A DNA stretch of 64,000 nucleotides from Lingula anatina (lineage: Eukaryota > Animalia > Brachiopoda), in the NCBI GenBank assembly GCA_051362555.1, contig CM120647.1:8494001-8558000 (forward strand). The letters run 5' to 3'. Made by a program: the position numbers and the translations under genes. The notes beneath the pieces were generated by a model. It was not told where the DNA came from. It saw only the letters and a program-made list of their open reading frames with translations, and searched no databases. Below, one piece after another: positions 49,004 through 64,000 of this stretch. Position 1 is the first letter of the stretch, and every line of letters begins with the position of its first letter.

Positions 49004-51903
49004 TTAATTACATCCGATTTCTGTTTCTAAGCTTTTTTCGTCTAAAGATTCCGGAATTACAAACACAGCAACATTGCTATTTGCAGATTTCGTTTTTCGT
49101 GAGGCAAAAGAAACGCGACTTCCGCTAGATGGAGCTGGCGACACCCGCTTGTGAATCCTGTTGGTGCTTTTTTCGTCTAAAAATTCCGGAATAACAAACG
49201 CAGCAACATTGCTATTTGCAGATGTCGTTTTTCGTGAGGCAAAAGAAAGGCGACTTCCGCTAGATGGAGCTGGTGACACCCGCTTGTGAATCCTATTGGC
49301 GCTCAGAACACTTGAACAAGACGGGACATCGCTCCGTGTTCCCCCAAAACCGGATTCCCTCTCATCCGTCGGATCTGTCTCTGCCTCGCCAGAGTCGCCA
49401 ACACGGCGGCGAGATACAGGCGCCGGGGTCTGCGTGAGATCCAGTGTTGTACTGTGTCTCTTTGAGAAACGTTGACTCATTTTTCGAATCTTCCTTACTG
49501 TTTTCACCATGTTCAAAAACTCCCTTCTGTACTTACTGGCGCTGATGCAGTAGAACCAAAAGTTCATGGCGTGGTTGAGGTAGAAAAGCAGCACTGAAAC
49601 AGTGAATGTGATCGTCAGCGCCACCTGATGGCGTTCGTCATGTGACTTCCACCACTCCACGATGTCCAGCATGAAAACATTAAGGGGCGTGGTTAGAAAC
49701 AGGAAGCTGAAGGTAACCACAAGGAGCATGCGCTGGACCTTGAATGATATCATTTAAAAACATAAATTTGGACTAATAATACGTATTATTCGCCCAAGAA
49801 ATACAGCATCACACCAAAAAGTAATGAATAGGATACATAAACCTATTGCAATAAATGTCAATAGGCAGACGCGCACGACGGCGTTATTTAAAAGTATATG
49901 GAAGTAAATAGGCTGTGAGACGAAATAAAGATAATTCATAATTTTTGAGAAAGCGATTAAAAAGTAAATTTATAATAAAAAACGTTTTTTAAACCTTGGA
50001 TTTTACAGTAAGAAAAGGGCAAAATTTAATCTTACACACCTGTCTTTGATTCTTGTCCATAATTCGAATAAAAGAAGATTTTTCGCCACTTAGTCTTGAT
50101 TTAGCAACCTGTTGCTTGCGCCGCCTATGGATTTTATTCGTTTCCCAGATGATCATGCCGTTGACGATAGGGAGCGCCACCACTGGGATCATCCAACTAA
50201 TTACAGCATACGCCCATTTGTTGGCGCCCTGGATATAGCGATCTTGGCGGGAAAATAAATTATGAAAATTAGTTTTCAATTTAAAAGTTGTTTCAGATTA
50301 CTGTATTTGTTTTTGAAGTTGAAGATTACAAAATTTTATGTGAAGTAATTACAATAAAAGCTCAAAGCAAATCAATTTCTAATGTATATTTAACATATTA
50401 GCTGAATGAATTGTCATAATCATTCAGTTTTTTAAAAATATATGAGAAAACGAAGTAAAGGATATGCAAAATACGAACGGCTTTTTTACACGCAGATTTG
50501 AATTCACTTATTATCAGTTATATTTAATCCTTAAAGTTATTACAAAAGCATCCAGAAATTCTGAACGTATTGTCTAGCTACATGCTTAAGATATATTTAT
50601 TGAATAACAGTGAGAGTAAAGATATAACTATGTTATATTTACCAATCCGCGAAAGATGATCCGGCGAATAGTGGAAGATATTCCAACAGACTTGTCTCAG
50701 GCGGCAGTTATCTTCAATATTAACTCTGGAAAACAGCAGTGGGATGTTTATCATAACCATGACCAATGATACAATTATAATGAGAATCCGGGTATTCCTG
50801 GCCGTGAAGTGGTAATATATCAACGCCCTCGTGGGGAATTTGATCCTCAATAGTCGCTCTATGCTCATGAGTGTGAGCAGCGTCCCGCTTAACTCGGAGG
50901 CTACGGTCATGGCAAAGGCCGCTGAGCGACACTGGACCTCCCCTGTCGACATCACCGCCGTCGGCGTCTCGTACTCGAAGAAGAAAAGTATGCCGACGAT
51001 GAGGACGGCGATGTCGGCCACGCTGACGCCGATCATGAAGATGCACATTGTAGTATTGCGCAACGTTTTACGGCAGAAGACGGCGATGGCTAAGGAGTTG
51101 AATACTAAACCGGAGAAGTAAATGACAAGACGACCAAAGTAGCGGATTTTGGTTGCCACTTCCACGATTCGTTTTGTGTACATTGTCAATTTTATACCAC
51201 CGTTCTCTAAGGATAATATTGGCATAGAACAGTTACCAGGAGTTGCCGTTGAGTTTTCATGTTCGGAAGTGCTGTTATGGATGGAGCGCAGTGTCGTCTG
51301 CTGAAAGTCTGAACCCTCCGTGTAATAAAATGTATCTGGTTGGGTGATATCGTCTTCCCAAACTAAGTTTCTGCGTAGTCTTTTATGAATCTCTCGAGTA
51401 AAGCTGCTTTCTATTTCGTAGCGGTAGTTAAGTCTATAGGATTGGAATTTTGGTACCTTGTTTCTTGCAACTTTTCCAACAAATTTTCCAACATGCTTCA
51501 CTCCTCGTAGTTGCAGGTTATTTGAAGGGGCGCCAGCTTGTCTTGACGTTGGAATTTGAACAAACCTTATTGCCATTTCTCCAGATTTGAAGTTGTCTAT
51601 TTGCTTAAATTTTCCTGGGAAACACTTTTCATGCTCGAAGTTTGTGTCTCTGTCCTTTTCACTTACATTTACACCAGTTTGATTAATTTGATTGTTCTTA
51701 CAATCATTAGGGGAGTTCACCATTTTGAAGGCAGGCGTCTGGTCTACGTGGTCGGTGCTAGATACCACTTCCCCTACGGCGTCGACAAATTGTGGTCCTG
51801 GAACCCATAACACGAACAAAAAGACCGCCAAGACGGCCAATGACGCCACTGACGCGAGGCTGGCCTGAAATGAAGCGAACCCAGTTCGTAACAGTCGAAC
51901 CAT
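49004..51903 (-). CDS. Class A peptide-receptor-like GPCR with long N-terminus, 3 exons, about 732 aa
   Basis: Exons 50643-51903, 50040-50242 and 49004-49738 (GT-AG, phases 1 and 0). It has a hydrophobic signal peptide after MVRLLRT, TM1 GLVFNSLAIAVF, MSIERL and TM7 YLNHAMNFWFY. The start codon is taken as the first ATG. Confidence 0.88.
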
Positions 51904-52333
51904 TGTCTCCAACGCCAAGCAGGTTTGCCGTGGTTTGCGTGCTCTTTGCACGGTGGGGCCTCTTGCCAATCCGCTAGTCTCAAGACGCCAGCTGGTACGT
52001 TTATGCTCTAAAAGTGTCCCCTTTTTAACAAGTCACGTTACGTGGTGGCGTCTCTGAACACTCAGTTGTACATACACGTACGTATATGCAGAATATCTAA
52101 CCACAGGTTATCACCAAATAGACAAAGCCAATTGCAACAATAACTAGAGTGACATTATCAGAGAGCACCAGCCAATAAAAGCAAAAGCCATCCGGTGAGC
52201 CATCTTTTGAAAATACAGTTATGGGTTAGAGTGTGTTGAACCTTCCCCTGGTTCAAATAACCAATCAGAGAATAAAGGCACCAGGACTAGGTTTACGATT
52301 ATGGTGGAACATTTGCGGTTTTATTCTGAGCCC

Positions 52334-52779
52334 AGGGGTGGCACTTGTGATTTATGCACTGAAAAAAAAAAGATCCTCGCGATTTAGCGTCAATTAGTGA
52401 ATTTTAGGTCGATTGTATCGCTGTTTTTAATTAATTTGCATGTATCAAGTTATAAGGCAATGGGTTTATTTTTTAAACATTTTATTAATTTATTTATTTA
52501 TTTGCCATAAGGATTTAAAAAATAAAAACCTGAAAAAATGAAAATAAATATAAAAATAAAAAGATATTTGTCTGATTACCGATAATTTGTTTTATAAACT
52601 TAAAGAATGCAATAAGGTTTAGATAAAGTAAAGGCAGTGTTAATCGTAGTTATTTGTTGACTTGCTGTTTAAGCCAAATAACAAAAACTGAAACTGAGGT
52701 AATTGTGATTATCAGCGAAGCTGAACGGCATTTAATTTGTTGCAGTGTGATAGGAATATAAAAATGAAGTGCCACCCCT
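52334..52779. mobile_element. Putative MITE with 13-bp TIR AGGGGTGGCACTT
   Basis: Perfect inverted 13-mers about 445 bp apart around AT-rich DNA. No clear TSD. Confidence 0.4.
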
Positions 52780-53617
52780 TGTATACCATTGGATTAGATT
52801 ATAATTTATCGGACCGAAATAGAAATAATCATCCGTCTCTCATCTGACCCAGTAGCGTTCAAGTACCGTGACAATGAGGGCATCGACCAAAGTTTATTGT
52901 TATTATTATGATTTCCAGGTTATCAACATTAGAGATCAGAGGTGTTAAGTTCGGTTTGCATCCGTATTAAGAGAAAATAATTTAGGAGAGCAGCAAAAGC
53001 GAATGCCCATTGCACCCTTGCTTCGTCATTGGTACGCGTCAATATGCGCGCACGTATACACACTCTATGTTCTAGCACATCGTTATGAGCATTCTGCCCT
53101 TGTAACTGACATATGATAGAATGCAGAGCGCTTCTACTGAAGTTTAAAAAATCAGTGCATTGGTTTTTTAAGTCTTGTCTCATATCTTCACTTATTTGAA
53201 GATTTAGTTGGACAAGCCTGGACATTTTTAGACTTACATCAGTTTCGGTATGAATAAGGCAATGTCTGTCGATTATTCACATGCACTTTATTGCAGGTGA
53301 ATGTGTTCTCCTTGTAACTTAAAATAAAATGAAAGAACGCCATGATTCAACCACGCTTATTGATTTGTCTCAAATACAACAAAAAACATTTATACGGGGC
53401 AGAGTAGAAATTAATTTATTATTTTCTTTTATTTAAGACAAATGCACCATTAATATGACGGTTGGTTACGACAGAAATGGTCGACTTCACCTGATTGACT
53501 GTCAAAACTCTCTGATCTCAAATTCATGACGGTCGCATAGGTATTCACGTATGGCACACTAAGGGACATCCTTGGCCCCTCCCCTTCAATTTTTCCCTTC
53601 CATGCAACCCCCCCCCC

Positions 53618-53662
<45 letters not shown>

Positions 53663-53861
53663 ATAATAATACATTAACCGGAAACCTATTATCTTTTTAT
53701 ACGTTTTTAAACTGAGACGTCGCTTTTATTTAAGAACCACAAGAAGGATACAGGAATATTGCTCAGGTAATATCTTTATTCAGAATATCTATTGTTGGTT
53801 TTTATTAAGGAATTAACATAGTTACGATGAAAATATATAAATCCTTAACTGTAAATTGTCT

Positions 53862-55874
53862 TTATACTTCAGTTCCCATAGTATCGTAATCGTCACTTAC
53901 TGAGAAAGTCACGTGGCTCCGTCTGCTTTGCTCTGGGTGCACGTTTGCTTCAACCTCATTCACCATGAAATGGCTGCTCACACTTGAAACCATGTCACTG
54001 TTTTTGAAATCACCCACGTCAACCACATCTAATTCTCTTTTTTCTCGTCCATTTACACCGAGATCTGGACAACGGAGTGAAGTAACTTGTGAATCATGGT
54101 CATTTTGAGCAGGAGGCTGAATCCCCATGCTTTCAAGAGAGGCGGAAGACATATTAGAAACAATATGAGTAGACATGTCATTTTGGGCGATGACGGACCG
54201 ACTGCGCTCTCTTGGCAACGCGGCGTTCATCAGAGCTGATGGGACTTGTCTCAGTTTGTTACTCAGGGTATTAAGACCAGATGACGTCATGGACTTAGCA
54301 TCACGTGACCTGCTTAGCTCAACATCACGTGCCAAGACAGACTGAGACCGAATAGATAATTCAATGTGTGTGGCGTGAGCGTCAGAGCTGGAGGTGCTGT
54401 GACTCACACTGTCCACACTGTCCATGCTCCGTGATATACCCTCGCGTGTTCTCGTCGAGATCTTGGGCAGCCTGGTCCACAAGGTCGCACAGCGTCTTTT
54501 TGCAAAATAAACCATTTCAAAAAACTCGTGTCGGTATTTTGGCGCGCTGAAGCAGTACAGCCAGAAATTAATTGAGTGGTTGATATAAAAGAGAAGAACG
54601 GATACCGTAAACACCCACTGACGAGCGACGTTTTGCGTCGTGTCCCACAAATTGATGACCCCCGTGTTAAGAAGATTAATTGGCGTCACAAGAATGACGT
54701 AAGCAAACGTTACGACGAGGAGCATCCGCGTGACTTGCCTCTGGCTTCTCTCTCGCGAATCAAGAGTGGGCGTTTTGTGGTTCGCCGTGCTGTGCTGCCC
54801 GGTAACTTTTCCCTCAGCTGGCTCAGATTGACTTCTTATTCTTTCGGTCGCCTTGCTGGTCTCGTGGATTATGAGAAAGTTTATAACCGGAAGTGACGTC
54901 AGAGGTATGATCCAATACAAAGTTGACGAAAGCCACTTGTGGATGTAAGCATAATATGACAGTATACCGTGACTTCCGACCGGCCTGGCCTCGTAGACGA
55001 GAAAGTTCCAACATATCGTGGTGTTGCACTCCGGTATATATTCGTAAAGTAGATCGGTAAAGAGCACGGGTGAATTGATAAATAATACAGCCACTGAGAC
55101 ACCGATAATTATCCCTCTGGTTTTCCTCATGGTGCATAGTGTGCTCGCCTTGATGGGGAACCTCACTTTGACAAATCTCTCTGCGCTCATTACGGTTAAG
55201 ATCAGCCCGCTGTACTCTGGCGCGGAGTAGAACACGAACAGAGCCGTTTTACACAGAGCTGGATTGGGAGATATGACGTCAACGTCTACGTCATACTCCA
55301 ACAAAAACATAAAACCGTCCAAGAGTAGCACCGTGTCCGCTATAGACACAGAGATCATGAAGTTGCAAGTTGTAGTGTGACGCAATGTTCCTCGGCAGAA
55401 TACGGCAATTGAGAGAAGATTGAAGACGATTCCTAACGAATAAATCAAAAACCGAGCTATTCTTCTGGTTACAACTACGCCATGGTTTGCTCCAGTCGCT
55501 AAGGACCGCGGCATAGTGCAGTTAGTGATAGAACCTGCCGTGACGTCACTTTGATTATGAGTATGATATCCGGAATGCGACCCTACAATGGTTGTCGGTC
55601 CCAGAACCTCTCGCGGCTTGTAGTGTAATTTCCTGGTGACTTGCTTGCTTTGGTTGCTATCAATTGCAGTGCTAACGTCACGTTGCCTTCCATATCGTTC
55701 AGTGATTTGCGTAACCGATGACGTCATGTATACTGTATACGTGCCCTCTTTAACTGACTTAAAACGTATGTAGCCGCTATTCTGACTACTGTTTACCAAT
55801 GGATTGCCCAAGACTCCTGCTGATAGACCAGAGAAGCACATGTATAACAAAGTCGTTATTTTCATCGAAGACAT
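53862..55874 (-). CDS. Intronless class A GPCR (FMRFamide/sex-peptide-receptor-like invertebrate expansion), 670 aa
   Basis: Single ORF with a signal peptide (MKITTLLYMCFSGLSAGVLG), 7 TM helices, MSAERF, YINHSINFWLY and a long Ser-rich tail ending GTEV (PDZ-type). Confidence 0.92.
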   Translation of the reverse strand: MSSMKITTLLYMCFSGLSAGVLGNPLVNSSQNSGYIRFKSVKEGTYTVYMTSSVTQITERYGRQRDVSTAIDSNQSKQVTRKLHYKPREVLGPTTIVGSHSGYHTHNQSDVTAGSITNCTMPRSLATGANHGVVVTRRIARFLIYSLGIVFNLLSIAVFCRGTLRHTTTCNFMISVSIADTVLLLDGFMFLLEYDVDVDVISPNPALCKTALFVFYSAPEYSGLILTVMSAERFVKVRFPIKASTLCTMRKTRGIIIGVSVAVLFINSPVLFTDLLYEYIPECNTTICWNFLVYEARPVGSHGILSYYAYIHKWLSSTLYWIIPLTSLPVINFLIIHETSKATERIRSQSEPAEGKVTGQHSTANHKTPTLDSRERSQRQVTRMLLVVTFAYVILVTPINLLNTGVINLWDTTQNVARQWVFTVSVLLFYINHSINFWLYCFSAPKYRHEFFEMVYFAKRRCATLWTRLPKISTRTREGISRSMDSVDSVSHSTSSSDAHATHIELSIRSQSVLARDVELSRSRDAKSMTSSGLNTLSNKLRQVPSALMNAALPRERSRSVIAQNDMSTHIVSNMSSASLESMGIQPPAQNDHDSQVTSLRCPDLGVNGREKRELDVVDVGDFKNSDMVSSVSSHFMVNEVEANVHPEQSRRSHVTFSVSDDYDTMGTEV

Positions 55875-56539
55875 ATTGATGCTGAGATCAATTTATAAAG
55901 AGTTAACCTGGTCACGCTGACTCTTTCCTTTTTTGCCGTCCACAGAAAGAGGTCTCTCTACACAAAAGAGCAGTTCCTCACAATGACGTAACGTTTTGAA
56001 TAGAACTACTGTACAAATCTCCAAACAGTGCCCGTCGATTCCGGTATGCTTGTAACCCATATACTGGTATAAACGTTTCACGTTACAGTTTCGGTATCAG
56101 TATTAGATAAGACAAAGATAAAATTAAATGTTCATTTTGTCAGGAGTAATCAGAATCCAGAAAAAAAACTCTCCTATTCTTCCTCTTGTTATTATAATTA
56201 TTATTGTTGTTATTAACACACGCAGAAACACTATCAATTCAGAATGGTATATTTTGTCAAATTTAACTCCGTGACTACGTTCAGTGATGATGTTAGTGCG
56301 GGTATCTTTTTGATAAGCTACGATAAGAAATTTATAGATAATTCGAACTGTTATTTGCGGATACAATGTGATGCGTTTTGTAGACCAATGAAATATACAA
56401 TTGATAATTGAGATGTATATAAATGTGTAGATTTCTCTTTTCAATGCGTCAGGTGTGACCTTCCTAATTGTGCTATTAATTTTCTGTAAAGCGCAAGTTT
56501 ATTGACTTTTGTGTTTTACGTCAGCACTTAAAGTTTTGT

Positions 56540-56735
56540 CTGACGTCATAAGCAACTCATTCGTACATCAACACAGAAAATTCCCGTGCATTAGCAATTT
56601 ATTCAGACGTCAACAAAGAAAATTATCTTACGTCACAAGCAACTCAAATAAACGTCAATACTGAAAATACCCTTACGGCACAAGCATCTCATTCAGACTT
56701 CAACATAAAAAATGTCTTACAGGTTACGTCATAAA
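56540..56735. repeat. Degenerate ~45-bp tandem repeat (ACGTCA.AAGCAACTCA core)
   Basis: Recurring ACGTCA/AGCAACTCA/CAGACGTCAAC segments between the GPCR and the RTK 3' end. Confidence 0.45.
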
Positions 56736-57042
56736 CGCCTAATACTGACCAGTACACTTGTTTCAGGCTTCTATAATTATTTGTCATGAAGTGATATTAG
56801 AGAAGCACCCGTTTTAATATCATGCATGCACTTTGAGCAAAAAATGTAAGCTCTTTAATGTGGAGAAAAATCTACTGTTAGACAGACAGACAGACAGGCA
56901 GTAACGCGGATATTGAGATAGGCAGACAGGTAGACAGACAAATTAAAGGACCCTGCATTATATTGTGTACTCTGAATAACCATGTCTATATTAATCGTTA
57001 TAATCCCGAGAATATCGTAAGTAATGACGTCATCATTCTCAT

Positions 57043-63372
<6,330 letters not shown>

Positions 63373-63429
63373 TGTGGGAGTGGAATATTGGGTTGAATTT
63401 ATGCTCTGTGGTTTGAAACTACGTCGGGG

Positions 63430-63463
<34 letters not shown>

Positions 63464-63906
63464 CAGAGAGAGAGAGAGAGAGAGAGGTTTGAAACCACGT
63501 ATAGTCGTGAGAGAGAGAAAGAGAGTGGTTTGAAATTACTTGTATTCTTAGACCTGTGTGTGTGTGAGAGAGAGATGGAGAGAGAGAGAGAGACAGACGC
63601 AGCGTAAGTGGGGAAGGGACGGAAAAAGTGTGAAGGGGGGGGGGAGAACAGGGTAGGAGGGGAAAGATACAAAATAAACCTGTCAAGTTACATGCATACA
63701 ACATTTAAATTAGATAATTAAAATCTTAACTTTGGATACAATACAATCTTAATTCTAAGTCTACCTTAAGCCCGTAAAACACCGAGAACAAATTAAGCCC
63801 CCCTCTGAAAACTATGCAAGAAAAGAAATGCCTGCCATATTTAAAGACCAGTAACAGTGATGTATGAATAAAATGAGGACTGTCAAATATTGTCAAAACC
63901 CCAACG

Positions 63907-63940
<34 letters not shown>

Positions 63941-64000
63941 GCGTTCGCACACCCAGAAAACAGGGGCTTAATATGTAATATCCAACAAGAAACATTGGAC

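Overview
AT-rich, intron-containing animal genomic DNA, probably from a marine invertebrate such as a spiralian (taxon is inference). It is not prokaryotic and has no CRISPR array. Left to right: (1) SF3B6/p14 (+, 4 exons), with a U6atac snRNA gene and its own Pol III promoter antisense in intron 2. (2) A complete 18-exon ribophorin II gene RPN2 (-). Its introns hold two U17/SNORA73-type H/ACA snoRNAs, two paralogous C/D snoRNAs and a 3.55-kb Academ-like DNA transposon with ~830-bp TIRs. (3) A Tc1 remnant at the intron donor of the first, exon-1-less copy in a tandem array of type-II-membrane FkbM/Star-like methyltransferase genes (1 pseudogene plus 3 open copies, one repeat unit carrying a Kolobok-like insertion). 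(4) A second, partial RPN2 copy (exons 2-7, 9 and the start of 10) whose exon 10 is joined in frame to a rhodopsin-family GPCR, making a putative RPN2-GPCR chimeric gene. (5) Two intact peptide-receptor-like class A GPCR genes (-). (6) The 3' part of an Ig-domain FGFR/RET-like receptor tyrosine kinase (-). The strongest candidate novelty is the in-frame RPN2-GPCR chimera, best explained by a tandem duplication. All homology calls rest on manual reading and recalled reference sequences, not database searches.
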